NCBI GenBank assembly: GCA_964483275.1
Contig: CAZACH010000001.1
Location: 1 to 36,472, forward strand
Origin: an uncultured Sphingomonadaceae bacterium
Lineage (GTDB): Bacteria; Pseudomonadota; Alphaproteobacteria; Sphingomonadales; Sphingomonadaceae
Direction of reading: 5' to 3'
DNA: 36,472 bases
Positions 8,025 through 16,830 of this stretch are shown one piece after another. Within the stretch, counting starts at the first letter, position 1; every line of letters starts with the position of its first letter. Below the pieces are notes generated by a model, which saw nothing but the letters and a program-made list of their open reading frames with translations, had not been told where the DNA came from and searched no databases. The position numbers were made by a program, and so were the translations under genes.

Positions 8025-10421
8025 TCAGAACCGGACGGTGCCGCGCAGGATCACCTCACGGCCCCGGTTGATGGCCGACACCGAGTCGCCGAGCACCCCT
8101 GGCGTCACCCCCGGCGCGGTGCCGGTGAACGGCCGGTCGGAGGTGCGCGTCCAGAAATAATCCTCGGTCAGGTTGCGCCCGATCAGCGCCAGCTCATAGC
8201 GATCGTCCGTCGTCCCGATGCGCACCGAGGCGTTGAACAGCGTGTAGGAGGGGCTGCGTCCGCCGGGCGAGGATGTCGCATCGGTGAGGTAGCCGTCCGA
8301 ATAGACCATGTCGCCGGTGAAGCCGATCTTGAACGCATCGGAGACGTTGGTGTCATAGCCGAAGCCCAGGCTGCCGCTCCATTCCGGCATGCGGATCAGC
8401 TCGGTGCCCGACAGGTCCTGCGCCAGGATCGTCTCGCCGGTCTGGCGGCTGATCTGGTCGACGCACGGCACGGGCGAGCCGGCATTCTGCCCGCGATAGC
8501 ATTGCCCCTGATAGTCGGTGTAGCGGCCATGGCCATAGGCCAGCGCGCCGAACAGCCTGAAGCCCGCCAGCGCGCGCGGCGCATAGTCGAAGTCGAACTC
8601 AAGCCCCTTGGTGCGCACGCCGCCGGCGTTGGTCAGGCGCTGGACGATGCCGCTGACCGTCACCTGCACCTGCAGGTCGGTGACCTTGTAGGTATAGGCG
8701 GAGAGGCCGAGGCGCAGCTGGTTTTCGAGCAGATAGGCTTTGACCCCCGCCTCCCAGCCCTTCACGAGCTGCGGATCATAGGTGAGGTTCGTCGCGAAAT
8801 CGGTGGCGCCGGAGTTGAACCCGCCCGACAGGAAGCCCTCCTTGTACGATCCATAGACGGTGAGGTCGGCGCTTGGCCGCCAGCTCAGCGTCGCCTCGGG
8901 CGACAGATTGTTGAAGCTGACCCGATCGACGGGGGTATCGACATCGACGCGGCCATTGTCCCGCCCGGCCGGCGTGGCCGTGGTCGGATCGCTTTCGAGG
9001 AAGGCGAGGCGCTTCCTCTCATGCGAGTAGCGCGCGCCGACGGACAGTTCGAGCGTGTCGGTGAAGCGTATCATGGATTGCAGGAAGACCGAATAGGCCG
9101 TGCCCTTCTGCCGCAGCAGATAGTCGTTCACCTCCAGCGGATAGATGCCGCCCATCGCCGGCGTGCCGAGGAAGGTGTGCGAACCGTTGGTGACCTTGCT
9201 GTCCTGGTAATAGCCGCCGAGCGTGAAATCGACCGGACCGCCGAAATCGGTCGCGAGCCGCAATTCCTGTGAAATCTCCCTGATGTCGAGGACATTATAG
9301 CTCGGCAGCAGGATTTCCGGCGTATATCCGGCCGAATAATTGGCGAGATTGTCGAGCGAGACGTCGTAGATGCCGGACACCGATGTCAGCAAAACTGTCG
9401 GCGTGAGCTGGTAATTCATGACCAGCGAGCCGAGGAGCTGCTTCTGGTCGAGGAACGTCGTGCCGTCGCCCCAGCGCGCGTCATACTGGTCATAGCCGGG
9501 GCCGAGGTCGGAGACGCTGACCGTGTTGTTCGCCTTGCAGTCGTCGACCCCGCCGCCCTGCGGGCTGCCGGTCGGGCAGTTGACGAACTGGACATTGGCC
9601 GTCGACGAGGCGCCCGAGCGTTCGCCGTAGGTGAGCTTAAGGGTCGCGTCGAAACCGCTCAGATCGTCATATTTCAGTGTGCCGCGCACGCCCCAATTCT
9701 CCTGCTTGGGCGCGCGCTTGCGGGCCGGCTGGAGGGCGGCGTCGGCGGGAATCTGGCTCTTCAGCCAGCCGTCCATGTCCGAATAATAGCCGGCGACGCG
9801 AAAGCCGAGACTGTCGGTGAGCGGGCCGGACAGGAAGCCGTCCACCATATATTCCCGCCCCTCGAACTCATATCCGCCCGAGAGCTTGCCCTGCAATGTA
9901 TCGGTCGGATCGGCGGTGCGGATGGTGACGACGCCGCCGGGGCTGTTCTTGCCGAAGAACAGGGCTTGCGGGCCTTTCAGAACCTCGATCTGCGCGAGGT
10001 CGAACTCGCCCATCCGGCGCACCGAGGCGCGGGCGACGGCGACGCTGTCGATGTTGAACGACACCGCCTGATCGCCGAACGGGTTGGCGTCCGAGGCGCT
10101 GATGCCGCGCAGCGAGATCGAGCCGCCCTGCACCGTGCCGCCGCCTTCGCCGAGCACCAGCGCGGGGGTGATCGTGGCCAGGCTGTCGAGATTGTCGATA
10201 CCGCGTTTTTCCAGGTTTTCGCCGGTGAACGCCGTCACCGCGACCGGCACGGAGATCAGCGTTTCATTGCGTTTGCGCGCGGTCACGATGATCGCGGAAG
10301 ATCCCTGCGGATCGGCGATGCTGGCGGCCTGCTCGGCGCCGCTCTGCGCGAAGGCGGGCGCCGCCCCGCCCAGCATGGGCAGGACGAGCATCGAGCATGA
10401 CAGAAGCTTGAATCTCGGCAT
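8025..10421 (-). CDS. TonB-dependent outer-membrane receptor
   Basis: ORF 8025..10616 trimmed to ATG 10421 (SD GGAGAG 3-4 nt upstream). Signal peptide MPRFKLLSCSMLVLPMLGGAAPAFAQ. Plug motifs IIVTARKRNETLISVPVAVTAF and VLKGPQALFFGKNSPGGVVTI. Long beta-barrel ending in the terminal aromatic ...LRGTVRF. Confidence 0.92.
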   Translation of the reverse strand: MPRFKLLSCSMLVLPMLGGAAPAFAQSGAEQAASIADPQGSSAIIVTARKRNETLISVPVAVTAFTGENLEKRGIDNLDSLATITPALVLGEGGGTVQGGSISLRGISASDANPFGDQAVSFNIDSVAVARASVRRMGEFDLAQIEVLKGPQALFFGKNSPGGVVTIRTADPTDTLQGKLSGGYEFEGREYMVDGFLSGPLTDSLGFRVAGYYSDMDGWLKSQIPADAALQPARKRAPKQENWGVRGTLKYDDLSGFDATLKLTYGERSGASSTANVQFVNCPTGSPQGGGVDDCKANNTVSVSDLGPGYDQYDARWGDGTTFLDQKQLLGSLVMNYQLTPTVLLTSVSGIYDVSLDNLANYSAGYTPEILLPSYNVLDIREISQELRLATDFGGPVDFTLGGYYQDSKVTNGSHTFLGTPAMGGIYPLEVNDYLLRQKGTAYSVFLQSMIRFTDTLELSVGARYSHERKRLAFLESDPTTATPAGRDNGRVDVDTPVDRVSFNNLSPEATLSWRPSADLTVYGSYKEGFLSGGFNSGATDFATNLTYDPQLVKGWEAGVKAYLLENQLRLGLSAYTYKVTDLQVQVTVSGIVQRLTNAGGVRTKGLEFDFDYAPRALAGFRLFGALAYGHGRYTDYQGQCYRGQNAGSPVPCVDQISRQTGETILAQDLSGTELIRMPEWSGSLGFGYDTNVSDAFKIGFTGDMVYSDGYLTDATSSPGGRSPSYTLFNASVRIGTTDDRYELALIGRNLTEDYFWTRTSDRPFTGTAPGVTPGVLGDSVSAINRGREVILRGTVRF

Positions 10422-10724
10422 ATTCTCTCCCCTCGATGTGCCGGCCCGATGTTCATCATTTTTGGAGTGGACGGCCGGTCTGGTGGCGGAAGCAAAGGTG
10501 CCTGAAGTCGCGACGGCCGGATATCGCAGCACGTCCGAAAAGGCATACCGAAACGCCGAGGGTCGGACGAAGGGTTCAAGAATGCCGACCGATCTGAATA
10601 GATAGCCGGCGATCAAAAGTTAAGATTCGGACGCGGCCGGCATTCCGGGCGAAAGGCACCCTGTGTGCCGGACGATCCCGCAGTTTGTCCGGCCCTATAT
10701 AATGAATTGTTCGAGGAGAGAGAT

Positions 10725-10778
10725 GTGAACATCGCCCGGCGACCGCGTCCATCACATCATCATGGCAAGTTGTTTTGA
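10725..10778 (+). other. Candidate 17-codon leader ORF (or ATG-TGA start-stop) overlapping the MFS start
   Basis: Strong SD GAGGAGAGAG (10713-10722). It is followed by ATG-TGA (10723-10728) and, out of frame with that, by GTG 10725 opening (M)NIARRPRPSHHHGKLF-stop. The stop (TGA 10776-10778) overlaps the TTG start (10775-10777) of the MFS gene, which has no SD of its own. Confidence 0.2.
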
Positions 10779-12052
10779 GAAACTCTTCTTCGCTCGCACT
10801 GGCGCCGGCCACCGATCGCCGGCATCCCGCCTGGCGCATGCTGATGGTCGCGTTCCTTGCGCAGAACTGCGCGATCGGCATGAATTTCGGGATTTACGGC
10901 ACGATCGTCGGGGCGCTCGAGACGAGCTACGATACCAATCGGGCGCTGGCCGCGTCCGGGTTGGCGGTCATGGCCACGGTGATGGGCGTCCTGTCTCCCC
11001 TCGTCGGCAGCCTGATCCGGCGCCATTCGATCCGCACCCTGATGCTCGTCGGCACGCTCGTGAATGCCGTCGGCTATGTATTGCTGGCGGTGGCGCCGAC
11101 GATCGAGGCGGTTCTGGCGATCTATGGGCTGATTATCGGGCCGGGCGTCTGCCTGCTCGGCGTCATCCCGGCATCGACGCTGGTCAACAACTGGTTCCTG
11201 ACCGGGCGCGGCAAGGCGCTCGGCTTCGTCAACATGCCGGTCTTCGTGTGCATCTTCCCCCTGGCGACCGCGACCCTGTTGCCGCGCTTCGGCCTGCCCG
11301 GCGTGTTCGCCATGGCCGCGATCGTCTCGCTGGCGCTCGTCCCGCTTTTGCTGACGGTGGTTTCAGCGCCCGCGGAACGGGGACTGTTGCGCTATGGCGA
11401 AGGCGCGGCCGGCGCATCGGGAGCGGACAGCGGCCATGTTGCGGAGTCCGGCCCGATCCTGTCCAGTCGCGAGATCCATGCCAGCCGTGCCTTCCAGGTC
11501 ATCTGGCTCGGCATCGGCCTGCTGACGGCGGGCGGCGTCATGATGACGACCCACATCGTGCCGCTGGCGATGGAAAAGGGCCTCGCCCTCCAGCCGGCGT
11601 CGCTGCTGCTGTCCGCCTTCGGCATCTCGGCGGCGGCCGGCGCGCTGCTGTTCGGCTGGATCGCCGACCGCATCGGCGGCCGGCGCGCCATCGTCGCGCA
11701 GGCGTTGAGCTGGACCGTGCCATGGACCGCGATGCTGCTGATCGGCCCTGCCCTGCTGCCGCTCATCGCCGTCGCGGCCTCGCTCGGCCTGATCTCCGGC
11801 GCCATCGTCGGGCTGTGCGCCGTGATCGTCAGCGCCTGGCTGGGACCGCAGAATTTCGCGCCGGCAATGGGCAGTGTCTATTTCTATAAAGTCCCGTTCC
11901 TGTTCGGGGCCAGTCCACTCGCCGGATTCCTGTTCGATCGCACCGGCAGCTATGACGCCGCCCTCATCCTTCATATCGCGACATTCCTATTCGTCGGCGC
12001 GATGTTCGCCTTCTACCGGCCAAGGGCGGCCGGAGAGTCGGCATTATCTTAA
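10775..12052 (+). CDS. MFS transporter (paralog of 25873..27087)
   Basis: 425 aa, hydrophobic throughout with about 12 predicted TM stretches. Shares blocks with the second MFS: NFGIYGTIVGALE..., LIIGPGVCLLGVIPASTLVNNWFLTGRGKALGFVNMP. The start is uncertain: TTG 10775 is the first start codon in frame, and ATG 10838 would cut into TM1. Confidence 0.85.
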   Translation: MRNSSSLALAPATDRRHPAWRMLMVAFLAQNCAIGMNFGIYGTIVGALETSYDTNRALAASGLAVMATVMGVLSPLVGSLIRRHSIRTLMLVGTLVNAVGYVLLAVAPTIEAVLAIYGLIIGPGVCLLGVIPASTLVNNWFLTGRGKALGFVNMPVFVCIFPLATATLLPRFGLPGVFAMAAIVSLALVPLLLTVVSAPAERGLLRYGEGAAGASGADSGHVAESGPILSSREIHASRAFQVIWLGIGLLTAGGVMMTTHIVPLAMEKGLALQPASLLLSAFGISAAAGALLFGWIADRIGGRRAIVAQALSWTVPWTAMLLIGPALLPLIAVAASLGLISGAIVGLCAVIVSAWLGPQNFAPAMGSVYFYKVPFLFGASPLAGFLFDRTGSYDAALILHIATFLFVGAMFAFYRPRAAGESALS

Positions 12053-12143
12053 GGACGGACGGTATGGACTTGGGTGTTTCTTGCCCCGGATCCGTCTGAT
12101 ATTTCCATAATAAACCGATTAAAGATTCAGGAGCGGGCACAAC

Positions 12144-15100
12144 ATGGCCACGGAATTCAACCAGGATCATCTTATCAGGACAGCCGAAGCCCGGCTGCGG
12201 GACCTGTCGGTTTCCGATCCCGAACTGGCGGCGATCATGCCCGACCCAAAGGTGACGGAGACGATCCAGCGGCCCGACCTGTCCTATCGCCAGATCATCG
12301 CGGCGGCGCTTGAGGGCTATGCCGACCGTGCGGCGCTGGGCTCGCGCAGCTATGTGCTGGAACAGGACGCCAGCGGCCGCACGACCCGCCGCTACACCCG
12401 AAGCTTCGACACCATCAGCTATGCCGAGCTGCGCCGCCAGGTCGAAGGCATCGCCAATCTGTGGAAGCATCATCCCGACCACCGCGCCGCGCCCGGCGAC
12501 AAGATCGCGTTCATCGCCTTCACCGGCGCCGAGATGGCGGCGGTCGACCTCGCCTGCAACTATGCCGGGACCGTGTCGGTGCCATTGCAGGCGAACCTGC
12601 CGGCGCCCGACATGCGGGAAATCCTGTCCGATGTCGCGCCGACCGTGCTTGCTGCGTCGATCGACAATCTCGAACTGGCCGCCGGCTATGCGCTCGATCA
12701 AAAGACGATCGGCAGCCTGATCGTGCTCGACGCCGACGGGCAGGTCGATGACGACCGCGAGACAGTCGCCCGCGTCCGCGCGCAACTTGCCGAGGCGGGC
12801 AGCCATGTGTCCGTGATCGATTTCGACGACGCCGTGGATTATGGCAGCCGCTATCCGTTCGAGCCGCTGCCCGAAACCGACGCCGACCATGTCTCGATGA
12901 TCATGTACACGTCGGGCAGCACGGGCAAGCCGAAGGGCGCGATCATCCATGACGCGATCAGCTCGCAATTCTGGAACGAGACGATCCCGGCGTTCCGGCC
13001 GACCGTGCAGCTCGCCTATGCGCCGATGAACCACTTCATGGGCCGCAACATGGTGCATTCGACGCTGGCGCAGGGCGGCGTCGCGCTGTTCACGCTGAAA
13101 AGCGACATGTCAACGCTGTTCGACGATTTCCGCATCGCCCGGCCGACTTCGATCCTGTTCATCCCGCGCGTCTGCGAGTTGATCTACCAGCATTACCAGT
13201 CGGAAGTGCAGCGTCGCGTCGCGGGCGGCGAGGACGAGGCCGCCGCCGACGCCGCGGTGCGCGCCGAGATGCGCGCCGGCTATCTGGGCGACCGGCTGTG
13301 CGGCGGCGGCGTCGGCTCCTCCCCCACCGCCCCCGAGGTGCGGCGCTTCATCGCCGAATGTTTCGAGATGCCGCTGATCGAAGGCTATGGCCAGACCGAG
13401 GCCGGCGCTTCGGCGATGACCTCGCAAAACCGCCTGCTCGACAAGATGGTCACCGAGTTCAAGCTGGTCGACGTGCCCGAGCTTGGCTATTTCACCACCG
13501 ACAAGCCCTATCCGCGCGGCGAGCTTTATGTGAAGACCCGCAAGCTGTTCCAGGGCTATTACAAGCGCCCCGAGGCGACCGCCGCCGTCTTTTCGGAGGA
13601 CGGCTTCCTCAAGACCGGCGACATCATGGAACAGCGCGGGCCGGATCATCTGGTGTGGGTCGACCGGCGCGGCAATGTCATCAAGCTGAGCCAGGCCGAA
13701 TTCGTCGCCGTCGGTCCGCTTGAAACGACCTATCTGGGCAACAGCTCCCTGATCGAGCAGATGTTCATCCATGGCAGTTCCTATCGGTCCTACCTCCTGT
13801 CGGTGGTCGTCCCCGACATGGATGTCGCGCGCGCGACCTTGGGCCATGAGCCGAGCGATGCGGAACTGCGCGAACTCATCCTGTCCGAATTCAAGGTCGT
13901 CGCCCGCAAGGCCGAGCTGAAGAATTTCGAGATCCCGCGCGACGTGCTGGTCGAGCATGAGCGCTTCACCTATGAAAACGGCCTGCTGTCCAGCGCCCGC
14001 AAGCCGCTGCGCCCCAATATCAAGCGCAAATATGTCGACCGCCTCGAAGCCATGTATGAGGAGATGGACAAGCAGCAGCAGGTCGAACTCGCCCGCCTGC
14101 GCGCCAATGCCGCCGGCACCACCGAAGAGCGGGTCGCCGGCGCGTTCAAGGCCAATCTCGGCCTGCCGGAGGTGCGCGCCGACAATCCGCGCAGCTATGG
14201 CGACCTCGGCGGCGATTCACTCGGCGCCGTCGGCCTCTCGCTGCTGTTCGAGGAGATGTTCGACGTCTCGATCCCGGTCAGCGCGATCCTCCACCCCGCC
14301 GCCAACGTCAAATGGCTCGCCGGCCATGTCGAGCGGGCAATGGCGGGCGAGGGCGTCCGCATGGCCGACGTCCATCCCGACAAGGACGTGCTGCGCGCAA
14401 GCGACCTCAAGCTGCACAAGCTGATCGACGAGAAGACGCTGACCGATGCGTCCGATGCCGCGCCGCCAGCCGAAAGGACCAGGAACGTTCTCGTGACCGG
14501 CGCCAACGGTTTCCTCGGCCGCTTCCTGTGCCTCGAATGGCTGGACTATTGCGCGGAGCGGGACGGCACCGTCTTCTGCCTCGCGCGCGGCAAATCGGAG
14601 GTCGAGGCGCGGCAGCGGCTGGAGGCGGCGTTCGACAGGGGCGACCCCGCCCTGCTCGCGCGTTTCCGCAAGCTCGCGGACCGGCATCTGCGGGTGGTCT
14701 GCGGCGACCTCGCGGAATCACGGCTCGGCCTCGACGAGGAAACCTACGCCATGCTGGCGCGGGACGTCGACCAGATCGTCCACCCGGCGGCGCTGGTCAA
14801 TCACCGGCTGTCCTACGAGAATCTGTTCGCGCCCAATGTGCTGGGAACGGCGGAACTCATCCGGCTGGCGCTGACCACCCGGCTCAAGCGCTTCGACTAT
14901 ATCTCGACCATCGGCGTCCCCGCGATGCTGCCGTCCCTGACCGCCGCGCCCGAATCCACCGACGTGCGCGACGTGCCCGATCCCGTCCGGCTCAGCGACG
15001 ACTATGCCAACGGCTATGGCGCGAGCAAATGGGCGGGCGAGGTCCTGTTGCGCGAGGCCAATGCGCTGTTCAAATTGCCGGTCAATGTCTTCCGCCCCAA

Positions 15101-15689
15101 CATGATCATGCCGCATCGCGACTATGCGGGGCAGTATAACGAAACCGACATGGTGACGCGCCTGCTGTTCAGCATCGTCAAGAGCGGCCTTGCGCCCCGC
15201 TCCTTCTATGCGCTGGATGCCGGGGGCAAGCGCCCGCGCGCCCATTATGACGGGCTGCCGGTGGATTTCCTCGCGGCGACGATGGTGGAGATCGGCGCCG
15301 AGCCTTATACGGGCTTCCACAGCTATAACATGGTCAACGACCATGATGACGGCTGCTCGCTCGACTCCTTCGCCGACTGGGTGGAGAGCGCCGGCTACAA
15401 GGTGGTTCGGGTCGACGACCATGGTGCCTGGCACGAGCGTTTCGAAAGCAAGCTGCGCAACCTGTCGCAGGAGGATCGCCAGCACAGCTCGATCAACATC
15501 CTGGCGCATTTCGCCCGGCCGCACGACCCCGCTGTCACCGCGCATGACAGCCGCGACTATGCGGCGCGGGTCAGGGCGCTGAAGGTGGGGCCGGCCATGC
15601 CGCACCTCGATGAAGCCTATATCCACAAATATCTGGCGGACATGCGGGCGCGCGGCCTGATCGAAATGCCGGACCTCGTGGCGGTGTGA
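12144..15689 (+). CDS. car: Carboxylic acid reductase (ATP/NADPH-dependent; adenylation, carrier and thioester-reductase domains)
   Basis: 1181 aa, SD AGGAG 10 nt upstream. A domain: YTSGSTGKPKGA (TSGSTGKPKG at 12909-12938), GYGQTEAG, KTGDIME, VDRRGNVIKLSQAEFVAV, SARKPLRPNIKRKY. Carrier domain: YGDLGGDSLGAVGLS (Ser codon 14217-14219). R domain: VLVTGANGFLGRFLCLEWL (14487-), HPAALVNH, YANGYGASKWAGEVLLREA, AHYDGLPVDF. No C, KS or AT domains. Confidence 0.9.
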   Translation: MATEFNQDHLIRTAEARLRDLSVSDPELAAIMPDPKVTETIQRPDLSYRQIIAAALEGYADRAALGSRSYVLEQDASGRTTRRYTRSFDTISYAELRRQVEGIANLWKHHPDHRAAPGDKIAFIAFTGAEMAAVDLACNYAGTVSVPLQANLPAPDMREILSDVAPTVLAASIDNLELAAGYALDQKTIGSLIVLDADGQVDDDRETVARVRAQLAEAGSHVSVIDFDDAVDYGSRYPFEPLPETDADHVSMIMYTSGSTGKPKGAIIHDAISSQFWNETIPAFRPTVQLAYAPMNHFMGRNMVHSTLAQGGVALFTLKSDMSTLFDDFRIARPTSILFIPRVCELIYQHYQSEVQRRVAGGEDEAAADAAVRAEMRAGYLGDRLCGGGVGSSPTAPEVRRFIAECFEMPLIEGYGQTEAGASAMTSQNRLLDKMVTEFKLVDVPELGYFTTDKPYPRGELYVKTRKLFQGYYKRPEATAAVFSEDGFLKTGDIMEQRGPDHLVWVDRRGNVIKLSQAEFVAVGPLETTYLGNSSLIEQMFIHGSSYRSYLLSVVVPDMDVARATLGHEPSDAELRELILSEFKVVARKAELKNFEIPRDVLVEHERFTYENGLLSSARKPLRPNIKRKYVDRLEAMYEEMDKQQQVELARLRANAAGTTEERVAGAFKANLGLPEVRADNPRSYGDLGGDSLGAVGLSLLFEEMFDVSIPVSAILHPAANVKWLAGHVERAMAGEGVRMADVHPDKDVLRASDLKLHKLIDEKTLTDASDAAPPAERTRNVLVTGANGFLGRFLCLEWLDYCAERDGTVFCLARGKSEVEARQRLEAAFDRGDPALLARFRKLADRHLRVVCGDLAESRLGLDEETYAMLARDVDQIVHPAALVNHRLSYENLFAPNVLGTAELIRLALTTRLKRFDYISTIGVPAMLPSLTAAPESTDVRDVPDPVRLSDDYANGYGASKWAGEVLLREANALFKLPVNVFRPNMIMPHRDYAGQYNETDMVTRLLFSIVKSGLAPRSFYALDAGGKRPRAHYDGLPVDFLAATMVEIGAEPYTGFHSYNMVNDHDDGCSLDSFADWVESAGYKVVRVDDHGAWHERFESKLRNLSQEDRQHSSINILAHFARPHDPAVTAHDSRDYAARVRALKVGPAMPHLDEAYIHKYLADMRARGLIEMPDLVAV

Positions 15690-15698
15690 GGAAGGGCG

Positions 15699-15722
15699 GG
15701 GGCGGCCCGACACGGCCGCCCT
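15699..15722. terminator. Short GC hairpin between convergent CAR and AraC genes (possible bidirectional terminator)
   Basis: GGGCGGCC (15700-15707) pairs with GGCCGCCC (15714-15721) around a 6-nt loop CGACAC. It fills most of the 39-bp gap between stops at 15689 (+) and 15729 (-). There is no clear U-tract, so the call is weak. Confidence 0.35.
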
Positions 15723-15728
15723 CTCCCC

Positions 15729-16781
15729 TCAATTCACCCGGATATCGTCCTGCCCGCTGCGGCGCACGAACGCCTTCGGCGCGAAGCCCCAATGGCGCTT
15801 GAACGCCCGCGCGAAGGAGCTTTCGATCTCATAACCGACCCGCTTGCCGACCTCGTGCATCGACAGCGAATGGTCGAACAGCAGCTTGGCGGCGCGCTCC
15901 ATCCGCTCGCGCGTCAGGAAGCCGATCGGCGATTCCCCGACCAGCGCCTGGAACGCCGCCGCGAAGGCGGAGCGCGACAGGCCGACATGGCAGGCCATCT
16001 TGGCGACCGACCAGTCATATTCGGGCCGTGCGCGCAATTCGCGGATGATGGTGGCGATCCGGCGCGTATTGGGGTTGCGCGCATCGCGATAATCGCTGCC
16101 CCATGTCCTGATCGTCAGATAGCGCAATGCCTGGCAAAGCTGCATGTTGGCGAAGGAGAATGCCAGCGCCGAACCGCCTATGCTTGCAAGCTCCTTGCGC
16201 AAGACGGCGGCGTCATAGGGAAATACGGGAAACGTGATTTCAGGATCGGCGCCACCGCCCGTCTGCAACGCCAGCAGCCGCGGCGCGGCACGGTTGGACC
16301 GGGCGGTCTTGCCGAGATAGGTGAGCTGGACCACGCATTGCAGGATCACCGCCTGCACCGCCTCTCCCCCCGCTGCCACAGTCTCCGCCCTCTCGTGGGC
16401 GCGCAATGGAATGACCGCCGGCGGCAGGTCGCGATGCCGGCCGCCCGTCCCGAAGCTGTGCGCATCGCCATAAAAAACGATACCGACATCGCCCTGCTTC
16501 AACCGCACGGAGCGGCGCCCGGTCTCGAATGCGAGTTCCCCCTGAAGGACGGCGTACAGCGTCGGCCTCAGGCTGGCGGCGACATGGATCTTCTGGTCCA
16601 CGGGAACCTCGATGATGCGCGCCACCCCGTTCTCGACGCGCAGGTCCTGCATCAGCAGTTCGGAAAGCGAGCCACGCGCCGGCGGCGGCGGCGTGATGCC
16701 CGGCTTGGGGTTCGCCGGCCGGGGACGCGCATTATCCCGGTGGCTCGGTGCTTCGCCCTGGTGGGTGGCGGCTGCGATCAT
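15729..16781 (-). CDS. AraC/XylS-family transcriptional regulator with an N-terminal cupin-type sensor domain
   Basis: ORF 15729..16979 trimmed to ATG 16781 (SD AAGGAAG 5 nt upstream). C-terminal double HTH: WSVAKMACHVGLSRSAFAAAFQALVGESPIGFLTRERMERAAKLL...SMHEVGKRVGYEIESSFARAFKRHWGFAPKAF. Pro-rich N-terminal 40 aa. Confidence 0.88.
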   Translation of the reverse strand: MIAAATHQGEAPSHRDNARPRPANPKPGITPPPPARGSLSELLMQDLRVENGVARIIEVPVDQKIHVAASLRPTLYAVLQGELAFETGRRSVRLKQGDVGIVFYGDAHSFGTGGRHRDLPPAVIPLRAHERAETVAAGGEAVQAVILQCVVQLTYLGKTARSNRAAPRLLALQTGGGADPEITFPVFPYDAAVLRKELASIGGSALAFSFANMQLCQALRYLTIRTWGSDYRDARNPNTRRIATIIRELRARPEYDWSVAKMACHVGLSRSAFAAAFQALVGESPIGFLTRERMERAAKLLFDHSLSMHEVGKRVGYEIESSFARAFKRHWGFAPKAFVRRSGQDDIRVN

Positions 16782-16830
16782 GTTGCTTCCTTTCCCGCCT
16801 TGCACGCGGCCTTCCGTGGCAGGCGACCAA

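Noticed and set aside
6650-9272. + strand ORFs 6650..8071 (473 aa) and 7971..9272 (433 aa)
   Set aside because: The first starts inside the REP element (translating as ...SFDRLRTNGG, a known REP artefact peptide) and runs antisense to the ACAD. The second runs antisense to the TonB receptor. Both have low-complexity, Arg-rich translations.
12144-15689. CAR gene as the core of an NRPS/PKS biosynthetic gene cluster
   Set aside because: Only A, carrier and terminal reductase domains are present. There is no condensation, KS, AT or TE domain and no tailoring-gene context. The wording of all three domains matches stand-alone carboxylic acid reductases.
11964-15713. Minus-strand ORFs 11964..13058, 13110..13958, 14217..14687 and 14718..15713 opposite the CAR gene
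   Set aside because: They are shadows of a 1181-aa gene whose domain motifs are unambiguous on the + strand.
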